From NCBI GenBank assembly GCA_036845085.1, contig DAIUEN010000003.1:1-28684 (forward strand): a stretch of 28,684 nucleotides of DNA, in the 5' to 3' direction. Positions 1-8,205 of the stretch are shown here, piece by piece. Each line of letters begins with the position of its first letter. The stretch's first letter is position 1. Position numbers and translations under genes: made by a program. The stretch comes from Candidatus Nanopusillus sp. (lineage in GTDB: Archaea > Nanobdellota > Nanobdellia > Nanobdellales > Nanobdellaceae). Under the pieces are notes generated by a model, which worked only from the letters and a program-made list of their open reading frames with translations, made no database searches and was not told where the DNA came from.

Positions 1-69
1 TAAGTTTTAAAAGTTTATCATTATTAAGTAGATATAACAATGTTGTATGTTTAAATTAAGTTATTAAGC

Positions 70-258
70 TTAGATACGTGTACCTTTTTCTTCAATTTTT
101 TCTGTTATATTTTTACCTAAATCTATTATTTCTTTATTTGTTGTACCTTTTTGTATCTTTAAATACATAAATATAAACAATACAATTAAAATTACAGCAA
201 TTATCAAACCTATAGCCCAACCAGGAGCATTAACAGATTTTTTATTTTTATTCTTCAT
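70..258 (-). CDS. Small single-pass membrane protein (62 aa), hypothetical
   Basis: ORF in the supplied track. The basic N-terminus MKNKNKKSV is followed by a hydrophobic helix of about 23 residues (WAIGLIIAVILIVLFIFMY) and a short polar tail with an N-I-T sequon. Its ATG overlaps the TGA of the upstream micro-ORF (ATGA at 255-258). No family recognised. Confidence 0.45.
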   Translation of the reverse strand: MKNKNKKSVNAPGWAIGLIIAVILIVLFIFMYLKIQKGTTNKEIIDLGKNITEKIEEKGTRI

Positions 259-425
259 ATTTTAGAGGCTATATTAGAAATATTTGCTTTTTCTGATACA
301 TTTTCAAATATAGATACTCCACCTTTATAATAGAATAGAACTATAAATATCAATATTATAACAGCAACTATAAATAATATTATAGCAATTAGAAATTTAC
401 TAACTTCCGATCTTTTATGGGACAC
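255..425 (-). CDS. Micro-ORF (56 aa, GTG start), single-pass membrane protein, not in the ORF track
   Basis: Hand translation of the minus strand gives (V/M)SHKRSEVSKFLIAIILFIVAVIILIFIVLFYYKGGVSIFENVSEKANISNIASKI*. An in-frame TAA lies 3 codons upstream, so GTG at 423-425 is the only possible start. Architecture is basic N-terminus, one TM helix and a polar tail with NVS/NIS sequons, the same as its neighbours. The stop overlaps the next ATG. Confidence 0.35.
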   Translation of the reverse strand: MSHKRSEVSKFLIAIILFIVAVIILIFIVLFYYKGGVSIFENVSEKANISNIASKI

Positions 426-549
426 TGTACTTTACTATTTCTTTTAAGTTATAATTAACATATTTTCCGCCAATTACAAATACAAATACTAATATTAATA
501 TTATTACTACTATCGCTATAATGATTTTAACGAACTCTCCAAATTCCAT
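415..549 (-). CDS. Micro-ORF (44 aa), single-pass membrane protein, not in the ORF track
   Basis: Hand translation gives MEFGEFVKIIIAIVVIILILVFVFVIGGKYVNYNLKEIVKYSVP*. It has an ATG start 39 nt downstream of the 407-aa gene and overlaps the following GTG ORF by 11 nt. It is too short for homology calls. Confidence 0.35.
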   Translation of the reverse strand: MEFGEFVKIIIAIVVIILILVFVFVIGGKYVNYNLKEIVKYSVP

Positions 550-588
550 AAATAATAAAAAATATTTAGATAATTAAAAATATTATGT

Positions 589-1812
589 CTACTTTTTCTG
601 GTATATGGAAGATATATATATGACATTAGCACCACCCGAATAAATTACATATATAATACCTTTATAACGTCCCCCTTCTGGTTTAATTATATATGATTCT
701 ATAATAGACTTTCCTTTGTTATCTGGTAATTCTTTTATATCATCTCCGCTAGCTATTGCAGTAGCAATAACTAATCTTCTGTTGATTTCATCTTCTACAT
801 CCTTTACATTATCAGTATTGGCGTTTCTTCCTTTAGTCTTTAGAACATTATATAATATTTCACAAGATAACGTATTATCTAAAGGTTTCCCTTGATAAAA
901 TATAGCATCTTTACTAGAAAACATTTTATTGTATGGATTTAATCCTTTAAACTCCATCATATATAACATACACAATACTGAAGAAGTTCTTATTGCTTTT
1001 TTGTTTATATCTGATTTTCCAGCATCGTAATTGTCATATATAATTGTATAGTGTACATGATTTTTAGTAGTAGTAACAGATTGTCCAAGAGTTTCTCCAT
1101 ATGTAAAATAATAGCTTTTTGCAATCAGATATGTTAAATATAGATTTTGACATTCTGGAGAAGCTGGATTGTTTGGATCACATACATTATTTTTTATATA
1201 TCTCCTATAATCTTCATTTATTTCTCTTAACATTGCATCTATATCTTTCTTCTCTAATTGAGACATATCTATTATGTATACCTCATTTGGTACTAGATAA
1301 TATAATATTGGATCTTGTATAGAAGAAGCTAAATTATTTAACATAGCTGAAAATACGTTCCCCCCAATCCATAATCCAGCACCAGCAATCAAAGACATAT
1401 AAACTGGTTTCTTGGACAATAGCTGATAAGAAGCTTTTGCCCCTTCTTGTATAGACTTTTTTATTATCCATTCCTGATCTGCTACAACAATTTTATCAGC
1501 TATAGCTTCTCCTTTTGCTATTTTATTCAACTGCACATACGTTTTATATCCCTTTATTGCACCGACTGTAGCTAGTAAACCGGCTGTAGATAAAAAAACA
1601 TATTCTCCAACAGTAGATACTGTATTAGTTGCAGCTGTAGATTTATCTACTATAAAGCTAGCAGCTCCTGATAAAGAATATGCCAATTTTGCGCTAAATC
1701 TCCCACTATAAGAAGAAGCTTTTATAAGATTAAAAAGAATTAATATTATAAAAACAAAAACAATTATTACTAAAATAAATTTCATAATACTTCCAGTACT
1801 TGCCTTTTTCAT
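589..1812 (-). CDS. Hypothetical membrane protein (407 aa)
   Basis: Long ORF with N-terminus MKKASTGSIMKFILVIIVFVFIILILF (TM helix). There are two more hydrophobic stretches (VFLSTAGLLATVGAI and MSLIAGAGLWIGGNVFSAML), then a Cys-containing soluble domain of about 230 aa. No family recognised. Confidence 0.6.
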   Translation of the reverse strand: MKKASTGSIMKFILVIIVFVFIILILFNLIKASSYSGRFSAKLAYSLSGAASFIVDKSTAATNTVSTVGEYVFLSTAGLLATVGAIKGYKTYVQLNKIAKGEAIADKIVVADQEWIIKKSIQEGAKASYQLLSKKPVYMSLIAGAGLWIGGNVFSAMLNNLASSIQDPILYYLVPNEVYIIDMSQLEKKDIDAMLREINEDYRRYIKNNVCDPNNPASPECQNLYLTYLIAKSYYFTYGETLGQSVTTTKNHVHYTIIYDNYDAGKSDINKKAIRTSSVLCMLYMMEFKGLNPYNKMFSSKDAIFYQGKPLDNTLSCEILYNVLKTKGRNANTDNVKDVEDEINRRLVIATAIASGDDIKELPDNKGKSIIESYIIKPEGGRYKGIIYVIYSGGANVIYISSIYQKK

Positions 1813-1835
1813 GATATATTTAAAACTTTATGAAT

Positions 1836-2420
1836 TTATAAGCTTTGTATATTTTTATTAATAAATTCTGCCAATTTCTTAGAAGATTCCTCAATCAATC
1901 CTTCTTCATTTTCTATTACTTCAACTTTACATTTAAATTCGTACATTAAGATTAGAGAATAGTAAATTGTCATTTCTTGTTGTATTTTTATTCTTTCTAA
2001 ATTTTCAATATCCCTAGCTCTTATATTAGAATCCTTTAATCTTCTTAAAAATATTTTGTCTGGATCTGATATAATTATAGCGATTGCATTTGGTTTAATT
2101 ATTTCTGCAAACTCCTTAAATAATCCAGGTATATAACCTTCAAAAGATTCTATAACAAAATGTGTATCTACTATTACATCTTTATTTTTACCTATTTCTA
2201 ATATCCTATTGGCTGCTTCTATTTGTAATTGTACTTGATCTTGAAAACTTATTTTCTTTCTTATTTCATCTCTAGTATTTATATTGAATCTTTCTTTAGC
2301 CAATTCAAACATTATATCCCCTATATTTATAATAGCTATATCTTTTTTAAGATACTTCTTTGCTTCATTTATAACAGTTGTCTTACCAACACCAGGAACT
2401 CCAACAACCAATATTATCAT
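1836..2420 (-). CDS. adkA: Archaeal-type adenylate kinase (AdkA family)
   Basis: P-loop VVGVPGVGKTT, then IGDIMFELAKE, RDEIRK, VDTHFVI..GYIPGL and RRLKDSNIRARD. This is collinear with Sulfolobus/Methanococcus AdkA as I recall those sequences. Confidence 0.85.
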   Translation of the reverse strand: MIILVVGVPGVGKTTVINEAKKYLKKDIAIINIGDIMFELAKERFNINTRDEIRKKISFQDQVQLQIEAANRILEIGKNKDVIVDTHFVIESFEGYIPGLFKEFAEIIKPNAIAIIISDPDKIFLRRLKDSNIRARDIENLERIKIQQEMTIYYSLILMYEFKCKVEVIENEEGLIEESSKKLAEFINKNIQSL

Positions 2421-2454
2421 ATGACTTTAAATATATTCTAGATCTTTTATATTT

Positions 2455-3078
2455 ATGAGAATATTTCTATTTTATTCTAATACCTTAAGGACGGATGGAA
2501 ATTTTAAAGATATATACCACTCTGGGAGAGTGGATATAATAATACATTCTATAATACACTCTTTTTTTATATCGAATGGATTAAGAAAATATGTAATATT
2601 TGATTTATTTTCAAATGCAAAACCAAATAATCCTTTGAGAATAAAAATAGAATCTAATATAGATACTCCATGGTCTAAAAAGGATATAGCTACATTATTA
2701 TCTATTTCCATAAAGAAATTTTTGTTGAAAAGAAAAAATAATCCTTTTCCCGGTATATATATTGAAAAAAAAGATTTTTTAGATATATTACAAGAATATG
2801 TGAAAAGTGGTAGAAATTTATATTTATTAGATAAAGGTGGAGAATTTATAGAAAATATAAAAATAGAAGATCCTGTATTTATTTTAGGAGATTTTTTAGG
2901 TATACCTAAGGATATAAAAAAAGAAATTGACGCAGAAATTATATCTATAGGTGATATAAATTATTTTACCTCTCAGGTAATAGTACTTTTGAACTGGTTC
3001 TTAGATAAAATGAACTATTACAAAGATTACTATGACACATCGTTTAAATTTGAAAATTTAAAAAAGAAATATATATAA
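2455..3078 (+). CDS. trmY: tRNA (pseudouridine54-N1)-methyltransferase TrmY-like (SPOUT, DUF358)
   Basis: MRIFLF... start, GRVDII..HSI, FPGIYI and DPVFILGDFLGIP...ISIG motifs are collinear with M. jannaschii MJ1640 (NPVFIIGDHIGI) as recalled. Confidence 0.7.
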   Translation: MRIFLFYSNTLRTDGNFKDIYHSGRVDIIIHSIIHSFFISNGLRKYVIFDLFSNAKPNNPLRIKIESNIDTPWSKKDIATLLSISIKKFLLKRKNNPFPGIYIEKKDFLDILQEYVKSGRNLYLLDKGGEFIENIKIEDPVFILGDFLGIPKDIKKEIDAEIISIGDINYFTSQVIVLLNWFLDKMNYYKDYYDTSFKFENLKKKYI

Positions 3079-3557
3079 TGTATAGCATATTAGGACTAGA
3101 CTTAGCAGCAAAAGAGAAAAATCCTAGTGGGATATTTTATTATAATGGAAAAATAAATATGTCTATATTATATAAAAATTCAGAAATCATAGATCTTATA
3201 GAAAATGAGAGATTCGATATAATAGTAATAGATGCTCCTTTAAGTTTTAAACTTCCATATAGAAATTCTGAAAAGTTATTATATGATAAAGGATTTAGAC
3301 CATTACCATTATCTTTGGATTCTATGAAAGAATTATATAAAAGAGCTTCATACATAAGATCATTATTTAATAATCTTAAATTTATAGAAACTTTTCCCAG
3401 AGCTACAGAAAAAATATTAAAATTAAATTTTAGAAATTTAAAAGATACATTTAAGTCAAAGCATATTTATGATGCTTGGTTATGTTATTTAACTGGAATT
3501 TATTATAAATTAAATAAGTATGAAGATTTGGATGGCATTATAATACCTAAAGTGTAG
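3078..3557 (+). CDS. RNase H-fold nuclease-like protein (DUF429/COG2410-like)
   Basis: N-terminal ILGLDLAAKEKNPSG, then IIVIDAPLS and C-terminal HIYDAWLCYLTG resemble the DUF429 pattern. The ATG overlaps the trmY stop (TAATG). The last base of its TAG stop is the first base of tRNA-Arg. Confidence 0.4.
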   Translation: MYSILGLDLAAKEKNPSGIFYYNGKINMSILYKNSEIIDLIENERFDIIVIDAPLSFKLPYRNSEKLLYDKGFRPLPLSLDSMKELYKRASYIRSLFNNLKFIETFPRATEKILKLNFRNLKDTFKSKHIYDAWLCYLTGIYYKLNKYEDLDGIIIPKV

Positions 3558-3631
3558 GGCCCGTAGTTCAGCCAGGATAGAATGTCGGGTTGCGGTCCCG
3601 ATGGTCGGGGGTTCGAATCCCCCCGGGCCCA
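3557..3631 (+). tRNA. tRNA-Arg (anticodon GCG), 75 nt, no encoded CCA
   Basis: Manual cloverleaf: GGGCCCG TA GTTC AGCCAGGATA GAAT G TCGGG TT-GCG-GT CCCGA TGGTC GGGGG TTCGAAT CCCCC CGGGCCC A. It is a GC-rich island in AT-rich sequence. Confidence 0.9.
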
Positions 3632-3650
3632 TACTTAAATAAAGGTAAAA
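3603..3650. repeat. Left copy of a perfect 48-nt inverted repeat (tRNA-Arg 3' portion plus 19 nt of trailer)
   Basis: The sequence ggtcgggggttcgaatccccccgggcccatacttaaataaaggtaaaa is the exact reverse complement of 11961-12008, checked base by base. Confidence 0.9.
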
Positions 3651-3675
3651 CTAGTAAGTATTTATAAAATAAAGA

Positions 3676-3879
3676 TCACTTATTAGTTAAATTTTTTACG
3701 TCTTCTATTTTTTCAGATAATTTCTCTTGCGATGAATTTATTATTGGATTACTAGATTTTGATACTATTTTACTTCCATTAAGTACAAATAAAACTATTA
3801 GTATCAATGAAATTATTAATATTATTAATAATATTAATTTTTCCATAGTAAGACTAACAGATTTCTTAACTCTAACCAT
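3676..3879 (-). CDS. Small pilin-like membrane protein (67 aa) with putative class III signal
   Basis: MVRVKKSV-SLTMEKL-ILLIILIISLILIVLFVL: a basic stretch, then S-L-x-x-E-x-L, then a hydrophobic helix and a polar tail with NGS, NSS and NLT sequons. It overlaps the upstream paralogue by 8 nt. Confidence 0.5.
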   Translation of the reverse strand: MVRVKKSVSLTMEKLILLIILIISLILIVLFVLNGSKIVSKSSNPIINSSQEKLSEKIEDVKNLTNK

Positions 3880-4066
3880 TTAATTCAGATATATTCTTTG
3901 CAATTTCAGAAGATGGTTTGCTTGTACTATTTCCAACTTGCTGTACTTGTCCTCCCAGTTTAGAAAAGTTTCCTGTAAAGAATAAGACTAATACTACTAA
4001 AGCTATTAATAAAATTATTATTATCACTAAAGTTTCTAATGATAATGATATAGACTTTTTCTTCAT
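3872..4066 (-). CDS. Small pilin-like membrane protein (64 aa) with putative class III signal
   Basis: MKKKSI-SLSLETL-VIIIILLIALVVLVLFF has the same basic/SLxxExL/hydrophobic layout as 3676-3879. The polar tail carries NFS, NST and NIS sequons. Confidence 0.5.
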   Translation of the reverse strand: MKKKSISLSLETLVIIIILLIALVVLVLFFTGNFSKLGGQVQQVGNSTSKPSSEIAKNISELNG

Positions 4067-4110
4067 AAAGTAAAATTGTACCTTAAAAATTATAAATAAA
4101 AAATAGGCTA

Positions 4111-4572
4111 TTATTGTTGATTATCACAAACCCCAAATATAGCTGCTGAGTATCGTAAAAATTTCCTAATATTTTTTCGGTCACCGGTAGTATGATAGTA
4201 TTTATAAATATAATATAAAGATAGCTCAACTACTCCTAAGTATTTAGCTACTTCTTCTGGATTTTTATCTCTATTACATTCTATTACTTTACCTAGATAG
4301 GACATAAGATCGCCTACAAAAAAGAAATCTTCAGGTTTTTTTACATACTTCAACATTTCTTCAGATATAGCATCTAATAATCCTAATATATATTCATTTT
4401 TAGTACTTTTCAATAGATCCTCATAATTAACTTTTACATACTCAAGCCTAAGAGAAACACGATCTTCATTTAATCTTAAACTTTTTATTAAGTTTTCCAA
4501 TATTTCATCTAATCCTCTCATTAAATAATATTTTTGAAAAAACATATAATTTTGTTTTAAAAATACTAACAA
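4111..4572 (-). CDS. Hypothetical helical protein (153 aa; the true start may be the internal Met giving MRGLDEILENL...)
   Basis: ORF lying 19 nt downstream of alaS on the same strand. Its composition looks alpha-helical and I recognise no motif. Confidence 0.45.
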   Translation of the reverse strand: MLVFLKQNYMFFQKYYLMRGLDEILENLIKSLRLNEDRVSLRLEYVKVNYEDLLKSTKNEYILGLLDAISEEMLKYVKKPEDFFFVGDLMSYLGKVIECNRDKNPEEVAKYLGVVELSLYYIYKYYHTTGDRKNIRKFLRYSAAIFGVCDNQQ

Positions 4573-4590
4573 AAAATTTTATAAGATTCT

Positions 4591-7221
4591 TTATTCTAAG
4601 AACTTTATATAAAATTTATCAACCTTTTTTCCAATTGGTTCTGAAGATATAATACCATCTATACATTCTAATTCCACATAATCTATCTTATTTTTGTGTT
4701 TTATCAAATATTTAAGAACATCATTTATCTTTAGATTTATTTTTCCAGTAATTTTACCATCTTTTATTAAAGACAATATATAATCTTCTATCAATGTATT
4801 TATCTTTTTATAATATTCTTCTTTCTCTTCTAGATTTTTTTCCATAAATTTTATGATATCTTCAAAACCAACCTTATATTTTTCTCTTATATTATTTAAT
4901 ACAATTTCTCTTCGTTCAAATTCTTCAATAATTCTATCTCCAGAAACAAATCTAAACCTTATAATACCATCTGCTATTTTTTCTACAGATAATATCTTTA
5001 TTAAACCTATTTCTAAGGTATTGTCTAAATGTGTTCCTGAACAAGCTTCAACATCAAAATCTTCTATTTCAACAATCCTTAATATTGTTTCTGGAATAAA
5101 TCCACCCTGATATATTGTAAATCCATATCTTTTTTCTGCTTCATTTCTAGTTAGATAATATTTTTTTATATTTAGCCCTTTTAATACAATTTCATTTGCC
5201 AATCTTTCAATCTTTATTATTTCTTCATATGTTGGAACTTTATAATGAGTAATATCCAATCTTCCTTCATTTTCGTCTTTTTCTGCACCAGCCTGCCATA
5301 TGTGTTTACCATAAATTGATCTTAAAACACCAGTCAATACATGAGTTGCTGTATGATGTCTAGCAATTCTATATCTTCTATCTTTGTCTATAATTTGTAA
5401 TATTTCGTCATTTTCTTTTATTTCTAATTCTTTATCTACTTTATGTAAAATAACTTTTTCTACTTCTATAACATCTATAACCCTAGAATAATATTTATTA
5501 AATAATTCTAAATCTAATAAATCTCCATCCAAATAGTTTATTAATACTTCTTTTACATAATATGGGAAATCTAGTTGATTTATTATATTTTTAGAAAATT
5601 TCCTTATTTCTGATAAATTAAATATATATCCCGTGTCGTGTATTTGTCCACCTTTAGTAGGGTAAAATACAGTTTTATCAAAAACAAGATAATTTTCTAC
5701 TTTTCCGATATATTTACCTATTTCGTAATATTTTTTCCATGATTCATAGAAAGCTTTGTATGTTTCTTTAAAGTTCTTTAAATCTAGATTTAATTCTTTT
5801 TTCTTTTTCTCTCCTTTAGAAATATCTTTATGTTTATTTAGTAACTCATAAAATTTCTTATCAATCTTAATATCTGGGAAAAAGTCTCTTATTATTTCTA
5901 ATGTTATACCTTCTGTTGTATATAATTTGAATATTGCTTCTGAATCTAAATTCTTTATGCTACTAAGCTTTTTTTCTGCATTTTTTCTAACTTCTATATA
6001 TTTTTCAAGTTCATAATTCAATATTTCTAAAATTTCCTTTATGTTGTTCTTTAATTCTGGTTCATACCAATCTTCTAATAACCTTAAAATTAGTTTTTCT
6101 AGAAAAGAATTCACATTAGAATTCTCAAAATATTTTAATATGAAATAGAACATCCTTCTAGCGATAAGCCTTAAATTATAATTTCCACCAATATTAGAAG
6201 GTAATGCTCCATCAGAGATAGCTATATATAATGTCCTAAAATGATCTAGTATAGAATATGTTGCTCTCATTAGTTCTATTTCTCTTCTAAAGTCCTTTCC
6301 AAGAATATTTTTTATGTAAGAATTAAAATCTTCAATTGTTTTTTCAGTAAAGTCATATTGAGAGGAATATTTAGAAATTTTATATAATACATCTAAATCT
6401 ACATCTTTAAATTTATTTGTTATCTCATTTCTTAAAAATTCTAATGAATTTTTAAATACTACATCATATGACGTTGGAGTACCATTGGTTATCCAAGCTA
6501 TTCTTTCTTGTCCCATTCCCATATCTAAAACTTTTAATTTTTCTAGTTCTATCCAATTTCCATCAATAATTTTATATTGCATATATACCTGATTTGCTAC
6601 TTCTAAACCTCTTATAAAAAATTCTATTGATGTACCTCCATTTCCACCACCTTCCCACTTATCTTCATGAAATAAGAATTCTTCCATAGGGAACCTATTT
6701 TTTTCAAACCAACTGTATAGATCTAAAAAGTATGAATCTTTATCATATTCTTCAGGTTTTACAAATGCATGTTGACCTATCATAACAAATCCAGTATAAT
6801 GTCTTCCTGTAAGTCCTACATTTTCTATATCATTAAATCTAAGACAAAACTGTGGTATGACTAATTTTTTAGCTGGCGGATCTATATAACCATTAGTTAC
6901 CCATGGTTGAAAATCTGCAATAGATGCTATTACAAAGTCTAAATCATCCCTCCATCTAGCAACTACTGGATACCTTTTAACTGGTACATATCCCTTAGAT
7001 TCCATATATCTGGAAAAATCCTCCCAAACCTCTCTATAGGATAACCTTTTACCTACAGGATTTCCAATAAAGCTATAATTTTCATGATCTCCACAAATAT
7101 CTCTATTTTTATCAAATGTCCAAAAAAATCTTTTGCATATTCTACACTGTTTCCTGTATAACCCAAGATCTTCTAGAGCTCTCTTTGGATATAATTTTTC
7201 AAGATTATTTTCAAATAGCAC
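4591..7221 (-). CDS. alaS: Alanyl-tRNA synthetase, archaeal type, single polypeptide (876 aa)
   Basis: N-terminal YRKQCRICKRFFWT...CGD element, class II core (GGGNGGTSIEF), editing-domain HHTATH and CSGTH motifs, and a C-terminal extension. The start overlaps the upstream gene by 11 nt. Confidence 0.95.
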   Translation of the reverse strand: MLFENNLEKLYPKRALEDLGLYRKQCRICKRFFWTFDKNRDICGDHENYSFIGNPVGKRLSYREVWEDFSRYMESKGYVPVKRYPVVARWRDDLDFVIASIADFQPWVTNGYIDPPAKKLVIPQFCLRFNDIENVGLTGRHYTGFVMIGQHAFVKPEEYDKDSYFLDLYSWFEKNRFPMEEFLFHEDKWEGGGNGGTSIEFFIRGLEVANQVYMQYKIIDGNWIELEKLKVLDMGMGQERIAWITNGTPTSYDVVFKNSLEFLRNEITNKFKDVDLDVLYKISKYSSQYDFTEKTIEDFNSYIKNILGKDFRREIELMRATYSILDHFRTLYIAISDGALPSNIGGNYNLRLIARRMFYFILKYFENSNVNSFLEKLILRLLEDWYEPELKNNIKEILEILNYELEKYIEVRKNAEKKLSSIKNLDSEAIFKLYTTEGITLEIIRDFFPDIKIDKKFYELLNKHKDISKGEKKKKELNLDLKNFKETYKAFYESWKKYYEIGKYIGKVENYLVFDKTVFYPTKGGQIHDTGYIFNLSEIRKFSKNIINQLDFPYYVKEVLINYLDGDLLDLELFNKYYSRVIDVIEVEKVILHKVDKELEIKENDEILQIIDKDRRYRIARHHTATHVLTGVLRSIYGKHIWQAGAEKDENEGRLDITHYKVPTYEEIIKIERLANEIVLKGLNIKKYYLTRNEAEKRYGFTIYQGGFIPETILRIVEIEDFDVEACSGTHLDNTLEIGLIKILSVEKIADGIIRFRFVSGDRIIEEFERREIVLNNIREKYKVGFEDIIKFMEKNLEEKEEYYKKINTLIEDYILSLIKDGKITGKINLKINDVLKYLIKHKNKIDYVELECIDGIISSEPIGKKVDKFYIKFLE

Positions 7222-8077
7222 CTTTCTTCTTTAATATTTCATATTTTTGCATAATAAGCAAATCCTCTGTTGATATTTGCCCACCATTTATCAATCTCTT
7301 TTGTATTTCATTATATCTATTTATTATTTCTTGTTTTTCTTCTTCATTTATTACAAGATCACTTATAGGTCTAGATGATACAGCATTTACATACTTTTCT
7401 AATAAAGATCTTACCTGTTCCTCTAATTCTCTAATCCTATTTCTAATATTTTGAAGATCTTCCCTTAATTTGTTATATTCGGAAAATTTCTTTGACAAGT
7501 TTTCTCTTACTTCTTTTATTTGTTGCTTTATTATAGCTCTTTTATTTATATTTTCTTTTATATTCTGACCCAAAATTGCCAACTTTGATTTAAGCGCTTT
7601 ATATTCATTTCTTAATTTGTCTAATTCTTCCAGAACAATAGATAGTTCTTCATATTTACCTAGTATTTTCCTAATTGCTTTTATTCTATTCCATATTTTC
7701 TTTTCTTGAGCATAGCTTAGCAATTCTGTTTGTAATATATATTCCAAAGTTTCTAACTCTTTCTTATATTTATTTATATTTTGTATTATATCCCTATTCT
7801 TATCTATATCTTTTCTTTTTTGCTTTATCTCATCTATTTTAGCCTTTATACTATTAATTTTTTCTAATGTTTTCTGCCTTTCTTCCATTAAACTATCTAT
7901 AATAGATGTATATTCTTGCCTTTTCGATTTTAGTTCTTTTAAATAGTTTAATAATTGCTTAATTTCTTCTCTTAACTCTTTCTTTTTCTTATATAGATTC
8001 TTCCTTTCTTCTCCAAATTTTATTAACTCCTTTTTAATATTAATAATTTCCCTGTAAATCTTGCCAACTTCGTTCAC
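7211..8077 (-). CDS. Conserved archaeal coiled-coil protein (COG1340-like)
   Basis: 288 aa, almost entirely K/E/L/I heptad-like sequence, with a short C-terminal LINGGQISTEDLLIMQKYE segment. Size and layout resemble the uncharacterised archaeal coiled-coil family. Confidence 0.5.
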   Translation of the reverse strand: MNEVGKIYREIINIKKELIKFGEERKNLYKKKKELREEIKQLLNYLKELKSKRQEYTSIIDSLMEERQKTLEKINSIKAKIDEIKQKRKDIDKNRDIIQNINKYKKELETLEYILQTELLSYAQEKKIWNRIKAIRKILGKYEELSIVLEELDKLRNEYKALKSKLAILGQNIKENINKRAIIKQQIKEVRENLSKKFSEYNKLREDLQNIRNRIRELEEQVRSLLEKYVNAVSSRPISDLVINEEEKQEIINRYNEIQKRLINGGQISTEDLLIMQKYEILKKKGAI

Positions 8078-8205
8078 GTTAATTTATTATTAACTTAAAC
8101 ATTTATAAATTTTCAAGTCTTAAAAAATATAAAGATTTTAGTTTAAGACATAACAAAGATAAAAATATTTCCTGTATTATAAAATAAAATTTTTAAAACT
8201 AAATT

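Noticed and set aside
8117-8149. A hairpin, GTCTTAAA-17 nt-TTTAAGAC, between P1 and the coiled-coil gene, considered as a possible terminator or regulatory stem.
   Set aside because: It is an 8-bp, mostly A-T stem with a 17-nt loop in extremely AT-rich sequence, which could easily arise by chance. Archaeal termination does not require hairpins.
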